A stretch of 64,000 nt of DNA from Paramecium tetraurelia (lineage: Eukaryota). Shown one piece after another: positions 13,580 through 26,383 of the stretch. Below the pieces are notes generated by a model. It had not been told where the DNA came from. It saw only the letters and a program-made list of their open reading frames with translations, and searched no databases. The stretch is from positions 62,001-126,000 of the forward strand of contig CT867990.1 of assembly GCA_000165425.1 (NCBI GenBank), read 5' to 3'. The translations under genes were made by a program, and so were the position numbers. How positions within the stretch are numbered: position 1 is the first letter of the stretch; each line of letters opens with the position of its first letter.

Positions 13580-15022
13580 TCACAAAAAGTTCATTAATAT
13601 AGAATTATAAGTATTATTTTTCCATTTAATTACAAACCCTAAATTATCATTTAAAGCTATCTAGACTCCTAATCTAGTTTACCATTTAAGGTTATTCTCA
13701 TTTTTTAAACTAATTTCTTTACCTTTTGGTTCAATAAAATAACCAGTTATTTTATTATTTATGTGTTTGTAACTTACATACCCTCCTTATTAATCGATTG
13801 TAAAGACAAAATTTCCCAAGATAAAAGTTGAATCGACAGTCTTTTGAGCCATTTGTTCAAGACTCTTAATTGCTTCAGACTCAAGATGTTGTTACTGATA
13901 GTTGTTTTAGAATTATTATTATAATGGGTTATTTTGATTTGGCAATCCTAAATTTGGATTTTTGGGAGGTGGCATGAATGGGTTATTTTAATTTTTTTGT
14001 AATGATTGATTTGGACTTTTTTCAGGTTGAATAGTATTAGGAGTGAAAGTAGGAGGAAACCCCGGTTATTGACCTTATTGAGGCTTTTAATTTGAATTTG
14101 GTTGATTCATTTAGAATGGCTTGTTGTTTTACATTTAAGAAATTATAGCAGATTGCCCTATGATATTAGATTGAAGAATCTATTGAGATTGCTACATATT
14201 GTTGTTAAAATTTTAGGGTTTTTGTTGTGGGAAATTTAGCTGGGGTTGAAAGCTTGTATTATGAATCTAACCCTTGTTTTACATTGCAGTAGCATTTAAG
14301 GGTTGTGGCTAGAAGGTTGTATTGTTGCTGAATTATTAGAATTATTAAAATGACTGTTGTTATTGATTTGGCAATTGTTACTAAAAATTTTAGTTTCTTG
14401 ATATATTAGGTTAGAATTCCTTCCTTGGTCCCTGAAATACTGGAAATTTCTAAGGGAATTATTAATTAAATTGAGTATTTTCTACTATTGGATCTTTTCC
14501 GTCAGTTGTAAAATGGATAGTTAGTTGAGGGTCTCTCGTATTTGGGTCAATGAGCTTAAACATCTGCATTTCCATTAAAGTTGCCAGGATTTGAGATTGT
14601 CTGTGATTTGTCACTTTGATCTATTATGGCATGCTTTGTATTATATTCTAGGATATCGCATCATCCAAAACCTAGATATTTCATTTGTTTACTTCTTCAA
14701 ATGTAAAGTCTGATCTTAATTGAACTCCTTATTCTAATTCTACTCCATCTCTTATGAACCAACATACTACATCCCCATACTGCGACGACTATTCAAATTC
14801 ATTTTCTATTATTTTAACAAAGATAATTTAGTTGATTCCTGCTTGTTCAATCCTCTAATCAGATCCAATCTCTCTTTGGCAATCTTTGTCATAATAAAGT
14901 CGAACATTCTATTTTTTAAGTTTTTATGCGCATCTTTCCACCAAGTCTCTAACATAGTGAAAATTACTCTCGATTTCGAAGATTTGGGGTCCGTATTCGG
15001 TCAATGCTTGTACTTTTATCAT
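13580..15022 (-). CDS. Hypothetical protein with folded N-terminus and long Q/N/P/F low-complexity region
   Basis: Continuous frame MIKVQALTEYGPQIFEIES...; central QNFQQPF-type low complexity; short C-terminal domain. Confidence 0.65.
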
Positions 15023-15489
15023 AATTAATAGAATTAGGTTTTAAATATGATAATTATATTGTCTATTAGAATTCTTGATAATATTCGTATTGCTATAAAA
15101 CACATTAATTTATAGGAAGAGTTAATAGCAATTGCGAATTCGAATTATCGCAAGCATTTTGTTGTCAGTAGTTTATCGACAATGAATCTAATGAATTTTT
15201 CATAAGCTTTGTTATGTTCATATTTATCATGAGAGTTTTCTTTTTGATTGCAAATTGTGATGAGTGGTGTGTTCAATGCTAATAGGAATTAATACGAATA
15301 AATGGTGTTGATCAGGTTATAAATTTTAAATTTTGAAATATATATATATATTGTTTTATAGTTGAAAATATATAGTAAATTTTTGATTCATATTGAGTCA
15401 GCAACAATATAAAATAATTATATATAGTGTTGTGCGGATAGAGAAAGATTTGAATTTTATTAATTGGATTTATATGTAATAATAAATTA

Positions 15490-16893
15490 ATGAATTTCAT
15501 CACTTTGAGATTTAAAGATTAAATTCTTGAAAAATAATATTAGGAACTCAAAACAAAATCTATTAGAAAACCAATATACTTTGGAATCCTATCATTTTGC
15601 TTTGTCCTGAATGTAGTTAAAATTATGAAAGATTTAATCTAGCATGAATAATGGCAACAACTTTATATAAATTATATTTTTTTAGCATTTATGATGTTGT
15701 CCATAATATTGATAGTTTAAAATCAGAATTTCGTGAAACAGGCTCTAGTAATATCAAATCTATTGTCTGGACTACTTCAGATGAATTTTGATGAATAATA
15801 GACGACAAAATAAGAATATTATTCTTTTGGCAGTAGTTTCGCTTAGTTACAAGCAGCTTCGTATTTCGTTTCAGATTTCTTAGATGGAATAATACAAGTG
15901 GGCGGACATCTGATAATGAAAATCTTGATTACATCTTTATCAACTCATAAAATTGAAGTTATGTGTACGAGCTTTGCTATTACTGGATCAGTGTTTATTC
16001 TGGTTACAATCTACATTTGCGATTGCAGTTCGAGGAAACAATTCCTATCAACTGTTTGTGAAAACATCTGGGATTAATAATTGCCAAACCTCATTAAAAA
16101 ACCATTTATCAAGCTCAGTTACTAAGATAAAGTGATCAATATCTTACAAAGTCACCTCATCCAGCTGTTTCCCAATTTCTCGCAAGAACAATGCGATGGA
16201 TGTAATGGGAGGCAATTTTTAAGAGAATGCCAGATTGATAAGGTCTCATTGTCAGATTGCATTCTAAAACAAAGTGATATCCTAAATAAGTCAATCAAGG
16301 CAAATTATAAATGCCATAGATTCGATCTTAGGGTCTGCCGATATGGAGTGGAGGACATGAATTTACTAGTAATTCTAGAGAAAATTATTACAACTGCCCA
16401 AACCAAAGTATTCCCACTTTAAGTCAGAGAGGATCTCAATCGACAGATACGCATCAATCGTCAAGACTATTTGCGCTTCTACAATTGGGGATTAATGTCT
16501 CTGGTTCTGCTCAATAATCACGAGATTAAGGAGATTAAGTTGTTTCAATTGATCAAAAGACTCAACAAATCTTATTGCAAATACCTGATACCAATCTAAC
16601 TCTTCACAAAATCCACCGAACTCCAGCTCAACACATATGCCAATTTATTGCGGATATATCTTATTCAAATATACCACATACTAATTGAGCTCTATTCGAA
16701 ATCATATCGAATCAGAATTTAAGTTAAAGAATGCGAAGAATACATAGAACTACATATTTTGATCAACTCTAGTATGTTTCATACTCTTTATCAAAACAAT
16801 GTGTTTATTTAAAACATCTAGAGATCCATTCTCTACGAACCCATAACTAAGGATCTACGAATACACCTTAGTAAGCAGTTATCTTTTAAATGA
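15490..16893 (+). CDS. Multi-pass membrane protein (paralog B of 11624-13069)
   Basis: MNFITLRFKDQILEKQYQE, TM helices, VCENIWDQQLPNLIKKP, CDGCNGRQFLR, NWGLMSL. Confidence 0.75.
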
Positions 16894-17019
16894 TTAATGA
16901 TATTTGTGTAATGCAAAAACGAATGTAGTTACTGTTCACTAATACCTTTACTTTAATTATTATTATTATTTTATAATCAAATTTTACACACAACAATTAC
17001 AGTGATTTTATATGAATAA

Positions 17020-18934
17020 TCATATTTAAGCATTAAAAGGAAATGGAGTAGGAGAATATTAAATCTCATTTATTGGAGTCTTTGGATCAATCCTTTTCAA
17101 TAAGAATCTAATTATTCTTACTAGTAATTCAGGTTGAAATCCGTCTATTAGATTAACAAAATTCTCTATCTTCTTTTCACTTAGGATTGTCTGATGAATT
17201 CTTTCATTGCACAACAGCTATCAATTGATATGGATATAAGTACATTGCTTAACTTCATCATTTTATCTATGATTGCTTTTTAAATAGTTTAATGAATCTC
17301 AAATTGTTTCACTAATCTTTTTTAGAATTATATCATCAAATTAAGTTACTATTTTAGTTCTTTATTTTCCTTCATTGTTTGATTCACATTATACATCTCT
17401 CCTTATATTTAGTCTGTTAATGACTTACCCTTCTAAATTTTAGATAAATTTTATCTAAAGTTATAAATGATTGTGTATACTATTGTCCTTTCGCAAAATA
17501 TATGTGATGAAATACTTTTTAACAGTTAGAATTTCTTTTAATTTTAAACCCATATATTCTTAATTGTCTATAGAATGACTAAATATTTGTGGTTTTAAAA
17601 TATTGTTTCATGACAATATCTTCAAATTTTTTGGTATCGGAGATGTAAAACATTTTGCAGCAATCAGCCCAATTGATAATTGTATCGAAATCTTCACACT
17701 GCCTTAGATAATACTAAATTACTTCCAAAATGTTGTACAGATCCAAAATAAATTTTGAGGTCTTCTACATCTATTTTCACCAAATCGAGATTATAAAATT
17801 ATTATAAAAATAGTAAAAATATCACTTTTCTTGATCGATATTGTAGATTGTCAGGTAAACTGCAATGGCTCTTCCTTCTAAAGATTCGAGTTTATTATAC
17901 TATTTTATTCAAAGTATTAAGGCTTCAAAATTTAATTCTAACAACTAAGATTATTTTCTCAAAATGTGAAAGTAAATTTTAAGACACTAAATCATGCTGA
18001 TTAAGTATATTTGGGTAATAACCTTAAATCTTTCTATGAAATCTTTAAGAATACTCTTTAAATAATTCTCTCATCTTTATTCATGAAGGTATGAATCATA
18101 AATTTTCTATAATAGTTGCGTTTATTTAATGTAAATTATCTCAAATATCTTTATCTATCCTACAGATTTTAACTATTTTACATTTATATTTATTCTCATC
18201 AAAATATTCAAATCTAAATAATCTTTTTATACCCTTAAGAGTTATAATCCTATATACCTCTTTAACACAAAATAGTGGAGTTTACAAATATAAATCAATT
18301 TCACTAAAAATCCTTTTTCAATCTTTAAGAATATAATCACATTCTGATGCTTAAACCTTACAGATTTAATTCTAATGTATCAACACTAAATAACACTAAA
18401 GACAGAGCAAATATTAAGAACTTTACAATCTGCATTTGTTTTTCTTTATAGCTATGATTCTACTTTTTCAAAAGTAACTATGAACATCTATAATTATGCA
18501 AAATTTATAATCTATTTCAACGAAAAAATGTTTAGATTTCAATAGGCAAAATTGAACATTAGATATTCTTTTTATTTCTCAATTTCTGTGGAATTCCAAA
18601 GTGTTGGTAAATACAGATTAACTAATTTTTACTGAATAACCCATATAATTTTCATCATCAACCAAATTTAATTGCCACCAATTCCAAATTAATACTTTTA
18701 AGTAATGAATTTTAACAGTTTTTGATTCATTTCTAGATGTGTTTAAGGACTCAATGAAACTTTAGGTAAAATGATTGAATTTTGAAGTATTTAGATATTT
18801 AGAAATTCCTATATTAATTAATCTTTAATCTAAAAGGTATATTTCTACCCTTATTCAATTTTTTTTCATTATAGGTAAACAGTTAAGTATGCTTGTTCTT
18901 AAGTATGAATGGAGATCGAATTATTATAAATCAT
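17020..18934 (-). pseudogene. Probable degraded gene or unresolved intron-rich hypothetical protein
   Basis: Coding-like, Cys-containing segments and a plausible C-terminus (...IDGFQPELLVRIIRFLLKRIDPK...), but in-frame TGAs and frame breaks I could not resolve. Confidence 0.3.
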
Positions 18935-19053
18935 TAAATTTATATATAATTGATAAAGAATGGCAGAATAGAATATTACAACTCACCCAAAAATAGGGGG
19001 AGAATCATCCAAAATTATATATGTATATCATGTAATGTACTTAAATTATAATC

Positions 19054-19564
19054 TCATTATTTCTTGGGTGCTGGAGCCTTCTTTTAGGCTTATGGTTTGT
19101 CAGCGGCGGCAGCAGCAGCGGCAGCTTTTTAGGCAGCGACAACTTGAGCATTTACAGTGAAGATGTATTATTTAGAGTTTTAATCTCCGGCTGGCACCAA
19201 CAAACCTGATTTTGCGAAATGTCTAATGCATCTTCTTGCCAATGAACTTAATAAGGTTTAAGAGACCAATAAATACCCATTAACTTTGAATTTATCTGAT
19301 ACTGTTGAGACTGTGATCAATGCACCCATTTTTGGTAATTAGGTCTCAATTTATTTGTAGGATGTATTGTCTAAAAACACGGCATTGTTTAATTTATCCT
19401 TTGCTCTTCCCTTAGTCCATTTCTATGCACGTTATCAAAGAACAATATTACCTTCTTTGTTTAATTACTTCTTTGGGAGGCTGCCTTAGAAATCTAATCC
19501 TTGGTTTTCTTTTATCCTTGTGTTGGTTGTTTTCCCTAAACTATAATTCATAATGTATTACCAT
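19054..19564 (-). CDS. RPS25: 40S ribosomal protein S25 (eS25)
   Basis: KKWTKGRAKDKLNNAVFLD...LITVSTVSDKFKVNGSLARRCIRH; three introns, the first (19536-19561, 26 nt) directly after ATG; Ala/Lys-rich tail. Confidence 0.95.
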
Positions 19565-20140
19565 GATTTTAAATCTTTAATAAAATTTTTTGAAAAAATT
19601 TTAATATAAATTAATGTAAACCTTAATTATGTTCATATAGATAAAATGAAACAGCAGACCCCATTTTCAGAGATATGAAAAATCACAATTTGAAACAATT
19701 CTGTCATAGAAAGAAATCCTGTTGATAGTCAACTTATACAATAGGATTGGGAACTGATTGGAAGTGGATTGCTTTGGATATATGAAGTGATTAAGAAGAT
19801 ATTTGAAATATTCGTTAATAAATTATATTATGAAATATGTTTGACTGTAATATTTGATATTAAAGATTAATGATTTTATGATTAATGATGTAAATAAGAA
19901 AGAGAATAAGATTTTTTTTATTAATTCTCGTATTTTTCAAACTGAGATGGACTAATTAAATCGTTTAACAATGTTAATATTGATTAAAAAACAATTGTAG
20001 AAGTTTAGAATTAAATTAGATTATGTTTGATATGAAATTTTCGGATAATTCAATTGAAGTTGTTGAAATTTCTGGCTTTTGGTTGTGTGATTTATATATG
20101 CATATAATTTATCTCATCTTATTATATTCTTTTTATAAAA

Positions 20141-23100
20141 ATGAACGATAACTTCATTGATGAAGAAAATGAAGGGCATATATAAAGTAACAGAAAAAAA
20201 CATTACAACTAATTATTAAGTACTTGTTAGAAGGTTTCTATTGGATGCTTGTCTCTATGCGGACTGACTATCTTTATTTTATCATTCTTTATTCCGTCGT
20301 TTGTTGAAAATATGATTAATGGCAAAGTGCCCGATTAGGTGATTCTAACAGAGTCAAATAGTGGATTGTGGGCAAAGCTACCAGGGGATTCCCAGGTTGA
20401 TTTAATGCGAGTATTGACAGTCTATGAACCAACAAATTTACTTGACGTCATTTTTCGTGGGCAAAAACCTTAATTTATAGAACATGAAAAAGTGTACTCA
20501 CTAATTCAAGTGCAAGAATTTACAAATCGAACTTATTCAGAAGATGGTAAGGAAGTAACTAGTAATCGTTACGTAACCTTTTAAGAAAAGAATGCAGAAG
20601 AAGGCACAAAAGAATACTCAGTGGTAAATCCAGGATTATTTGGAAGTTGGTATTTAGGTACTCATTTGCCATAGCCGAAATTGACTTGGATGACCATTGG
20701 ATAAGTGATGTAAAATCTGTAGGAATAATTAGTGTTGAATATCTATTATCAAGGGTTTCATTATCAATTTGTGAAGGATGAGGCCTCATGCAATGCATTA
20801 TTGAAAATGATCAATGATGAGCAAAAACGAAAGGACATGTTTTATGATCATTTCATGGGATTGGGAAATCCTGACACAATGGAGAATTGGGTTCGTTTGG
20901 GTTTGGAAGGACATAACTTTGGGCCAGCAGGCTAATTACTAAGGGATTACTTCGATCTAAACTAAGAACTTGTGAATGACATTCGAAAGGCCGTGAGTGA
21001 ACAAATTAAAGCCATCAATGTATCCGCAATGGCTAATAGTTATAATTGTAATCCTTACGGATAGGATCCAGATCAAAAGAAATACAAGTACGATTGCGAT
21101 GGCAAATATTTTACCGCTTTGTAATGGCAATCAAGTGGAATTTCAGCCAATCCCCCTCCAGGTTTGGGAATTCTGCCAACCGATTCTGTCAACTTTACAA
21201 ATAATACATTGCATGATTATATTGAAATTGCATACTATTACAAAGGAGGAGAGTTTGAAGCTGACTATGGAGATTAGACATTTGATTTAGATTGGGCATA
21301 TCAATTCCTAAATAGAAATTACGATTATCCAGTTGGTGGTTATATGAAGGATGAAAATCTCTTATAGCACAAGGGGAATGTTGAGTTTATCTATGAGGTA
21401 GGAGCCAAATTCGATAAGAGTAAGAACTTAGAAGACTTGAAACCAATATAAGAGAGATTTCAAATAAAATCATTAGAATTGGCTCATGTTGTTTATAGAT
21501 GGGTATAATAAATGGGTGTTAACTTTTCTTTTAGGAGAAATTTAGGAGGTAAGCTTGAACATGGAGGAATTGGTTTGTTTGCCAGTGAATCAATTTATTA
21601 TCACTTTAGGAATGTGAGTGAATACTTGTTGCCTTATTTGTTGAGCTCAGAAATGATATTTAAATAGAAATGGAAGGATTGTAAGACTATGTTCAAATCA
21701 AGTATCGGGAATATTGATGATAAATAGGCTGAATCCATTTGCAAGAGCATGGGGTATCAACTAAATGTTAATCATTTCATGACTATCTAATAATTGTGCA
21801 CTTTCGGAGTTTATGGAGCTTAGTTGTAAGAATTTGGGAAGTAGCACTCATTGACTTAAAATCAGATCTTTGAGATATGTTCAGAAAAGGGTTCCACTGA
21901 TCAATCCTTCTAGGATGCTTTTCAACTTGTACACGCAGAATTGAAGGAAAAATATAACTGTCAATATACACATTGTTCCAAATAAGAAATAGCAATCAAA
22001 TAATTTGCCAGATGTGAAATTACTCTAAATCCACCTCCATCTTTGACTAAATAGAAGAGCATTCACTATTGGAATAAAAAGTAATTCCCTCGTCCTTTTG
22101 AGTATGGCTACTTTATGACTGAATACAAAGATATTTTTACTAAGGAACCACCTCAAATGACAGATTTTCAAGCTAAAAAGCTCTTGCATTTCAAGGGGAT
22201 ATTTAATCCTTTAGCAATCACATCGGCATTCATTTATGAAAAAAATCATCCAGCATTTTATTTGAAATTCATAGATATCTATCAAGTAAGAGAATATGAA
22301 CATATTACTTAATATTTGAGATTTGCTGCCATTCAAGGAGTCATGGGTGGATTGGCAACTACTAGGACTCCAAAAGAGTTATTCTTTGGTTACTCAGAAC
22401 CTCTGGGGGAAGAATTGAAAAACAATGATCCAGCTGGAAATGGTGATCCATCCACTAATTCATGGGTTATGTTGGGAGATCCAAATATGACAATTGATGA
22501 TAGTTATAATTATCCATAAGTATTATTCACAGGGAAGGACAATTTAACAATGACAAGATATTTAAAGTCTATGAATAGATACGATTATGCAATTGTAATT
22601 CTGATTTATGATTAATATAGTACAATTATTCATATTTTGATGGGAATAAGACATTCACTAAATGGGAGAATCCTTGGAATGAAAAAGAATATATAACCTC
22701 ATCGACTGACGGAATTACTTTTAAGCCCTTTTTGGAAAAAGAAGACATGATTAGGCTCTATGTCCCTTAGCTATATCGAGTGTGTAATAATACAATATAA
22801 TTATAACTTTAGTGGAATTGAAATCAACATCCAGTGGTCCAAAAATCCATGGCTTAGATACTATTCACTTTGAATTAAGTATGGATAATCTCAAAATTGA
22901 TCCAAAATACAATAATTAATGGAATGGAACAATCAATATGGAGAAACCATTCAATGCTCCAGCCGTTGTATCTCTGCCTCACTTCTATCAAAGTTAGAGC
23001 AACCTTTCAGATCTCGTAACTATTGTTAATAAGGATGGACATGTGATAACTGCTAATGACTATGATAAAATATATGCAAATATAGAGAAATACTCTGGTG

Positions 23101-23399
23101 CTCCATTGCAAGCAGTCATTCAGTTTATGATTTCCATGAAAATTCAAAAGGATGAACTGTTTGTAAATGTTAAAGAAGACATGGTGTTGCCATTAATCAC
23201 TCTTTATAATTCAGGCAATTTCACAGAAAAAGGTGTGAAAGCGAACTTTGGAGAACTCAAAACTGGGCTTTCTACAATAAATTGGGGATGGTATTTAGTT
23301 ATGACTGTTGGAATAATTATGATTTTGGGTGCAGTTCTTATTGTAGTGATAGCCAAATACAAGAAATAGAAAGTAGAATCAGTCATTAGTGAACTATGA
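20141..23399 (+). CDS. CD36/scavenger receptor class B (LIMP-2-like) protein with large insertion
   Basis: N- and C-terminal TM helices; GGLATTRTPKELFFGY, IFTGKDN, STDGITFKPFL, LYR, APAVVSLPHFY, IEKYSGAPL. Confidence 0.85.
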
Positions 23400-23706
23400 A
23401 ATATTTAATAAATTCGAAAATATTAATTATAATTATAAATGACAAACGAGCTCAAATTGCTTCCCAGATGCATAACCAATATTGTCTCTAAGATTGCTTA
23501 GATTTAACTTTATCATAATAACATTATGGAGATGATAAATTGCAAGTAAGTATTATTATTATACTTTACTAATTACACTATATAATTTTTAAATATATTA
23601 AACAAAGAATAATATTAATTAATTCTATATTATTTATACAAAAAATAAGAATTAATATATTTAGTATTCAATTTAAGCACAAAAATATTGATAATAAATA
23701 ATTTCA

Positions 23707-25589
23707 TCATTTTTGCCTGTTATATTTAAACACTTAATATTATGTAAGTGTTTATAATTTAGCTTATGACAATGTCTTTCTTTTGTTGTTAGGACTTCTT
23801 GACAAGTTTGTATATTTTTCAAAAATCTGCTCTCGACTAGGTAAAAAGGGACTCTTTAACACAATCTTATCTTATTGGCTTTGAGAGTGGGATTCTGAAT
23901 GCTGATGATAATTTGATTTTCTTTTAATCAATTATTTATCAAAGAAACTATTATGAATTTCTTTGCTTGGTGTGATTTGTGTCTTAATCTTGCCATTTGA
24001 CAATTCTGAACGATGAGTTAACTCTTTCCATTCTAAATTCCTTAGTTGATTTACTGATTCCTATTCCTTGATTGAAGGATTTATGTTTTGCAATAGTTCC
24101 TACAATTAGGTTTATGGATTGAGACTTTGTTAATATAGAGGTTATGACTATCGAGCAGTTGCTTCCTTTATCTAAGGATTGTAAAAGAAGGTATCCAAAA
24201 TGTCATCCTCATGATCTGTTTCGCTTTTGTAACTAATGTTCTCAGCATTCTATTAGTGAATAGATTACAAAGCCTTAATTATAAGTTGTGCCTATTCCTC
24301 ATAATTCACTTAATTTTAACTGATGAATATTTTGACATATTTCTAATACTTTGAACTGATGTCATGAATTTCTAAATTCCTTTTCCTTTGTGGCAACCCA
24401 CAATTAAATTTGATTGAACTAACAATATGAGGCTTCTCATGCATTCTCAACTCACTTCCAATAAATAGCATAATTACATTGCAATTTGTACATTCTCTAT
24501 TCCCAATAGACTTTTGATTTCTGGACACTGAGTCGGATTGGTAAATTGATAATTAGAACTTAAATCCTTTCCACTCAAATTACATCTAGAATTACCTAAG
24601 ACCACACCGTCTGGATTGAGCATCGGTACAACAATCACATTTAATTTTGTTTACTTCAACTATTTTATCAATTCTTCAGCTAAATATGATGTATTTGCAT
24701 CTACGGGTCTAATGCGAGCAACTATCAAGGTTAATGGCCCATTTTATTTCTGAACCCAATAATAAATAGGGTATTATAACTTAGACAATCCCAATTGCCC
24801 ATATTGACCATTCTCCCTTAATTAATTGAATGTAAAGGGTTTCTAAAAGCTAATGATATAACTTTCATAAGAGGATTTGATCTCAAAAGAACATTACGCA
24901 AAATGACCCTCCTTACGCTTGATATTTGTCAACGAATAATGAGAAGGCACAAAGAATTCGTGATTATCAGATAGTCTCTATACATATACATCTCGATTCT
25001 TCTCCTATGCTCTCAAATTTATGATATTCACCCTTATGTTCATCTCTTTGAATGCATATATCTTCAATCCCAAAGAGAACCACTTACAAAATCCGTGAGA
25101 ATTTGTGTCTGATTTCAATACTATCTTAACAGTGTCATGTTTACAATAATAGATTTCTTATACGTTACACCCTTCAAAACCTCCGAAAATTTCATAATCT
25201 CTCGGATGATTTGCGTCGTACCTATATTTTAGATTTTTAAGACTTTCCTGCAATTCTGAAACATTTTTTATTGGTAAATAGTTTTATTTACAAATGCTTT
25301 CCTTCACATCTATGTTAAAATCCTCGTAATATATGAGATTTGTTGAATTATTAATTGATTGTGCTCCTTACAATTAATCACTATTGACAACACTAGTCCT
25401 ATAACTAATATTTCCCTTCGATGATTTAAAATGTTGTTAAGGATTACTTGTAAATGTTCTCTTTGAGAGTCTCCCCTAAATCATAGTTTACTATTCTTCT
25501 CCTAATTTCATCCAAATAAATTTTGGTTTAGGATCATCCGGCAATCCAAGCAAAATCGGAAGAGGTTTTGGAATTCGATTATAAAACAT
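23707..25589 (-). CDS. M14 cytosolic carboxypeptidase (CCP/AGBL)-like protein, zinc ligands substituted
   Basis: [39 protein letters not shown]; intron 24455-24477. Confidence 0.8.
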
Positions 25590-26383
25590 TAAGAAAATAA
25601 AATTACTTATTAGAACAATAATGGATATCTATATTATAATGATTAATGGTCAATTCCATTTTTGAATAAATAACTGGACTATAAAATATGCAAATTGATT
25701 TCATTCTCATTCTCACTATGCTTTTTATTTCATTTTTATAAAAGGATTACATCACTTATTGTTTAACATATTCGGTTAAACAATAATCCTATGTATTCAC
25801 CTTATGATATGGAAATCAAATATGTATGAGCCTTAAGTAAACAGAAATATGTTGACAATCAAAATATCTGTTATTCTCTTCCCTTTAAAATACTCACATT
25901 TGAAAAATCCAAGAAAAAACCAATCCTAAGTCGATATGGTATTTTTACTAATTTATACATTAGGATATTAGAATGAGATTACATCAATACATCAAATGAA
26001 CGAATCACATATCTCAAATCATATTAGAAACTTTTAGAAATATGTTTATAAATTTTGGATGTATATACGATATTACTGAATTACGTAATTTCAAAAGTAA
26101 TGTAGAAAGACCTCTTTGTAAAGTTATTTTTTTTACGTTTTGGAAAAGTGAAGAATAATTTATTTCTAAATAAAATGATAATGCAAGTACAATTATAGAG
26201 CAATATATGGATTTCAATTAAATATTTTCAGTTTTATATATGTACAAAATAACGTTTTCTTAGTTTTTAAATTTCTTCATTTTTATACAAAAACAAAGGA
26301 AACTTCTGATCCAGCCTATTGATTAAGCTTTAAGGAGCAACTATTTAAATGTTTTAAATGATTTATAGAAATATTATTAATTT

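Noticed and set aside
19100..19140. GCN-rich repeat
   Set aside because: It is the poly-Ala tail of eS25.
19710..19755. Hairpin AATCCTGTTG...CAATAGGATT upstream of RPS25 as an H/ACA RNA
   Set aside because: No ACA tail or convincing second hairpin; could be chance in AT-rich DNA.
24343..24528. Apparent frameshift making the CCP homolog a pseudogene
   Set aside because: A 23-nt GT..AG intron (24455-24477) restores the frame and the motif alignment.
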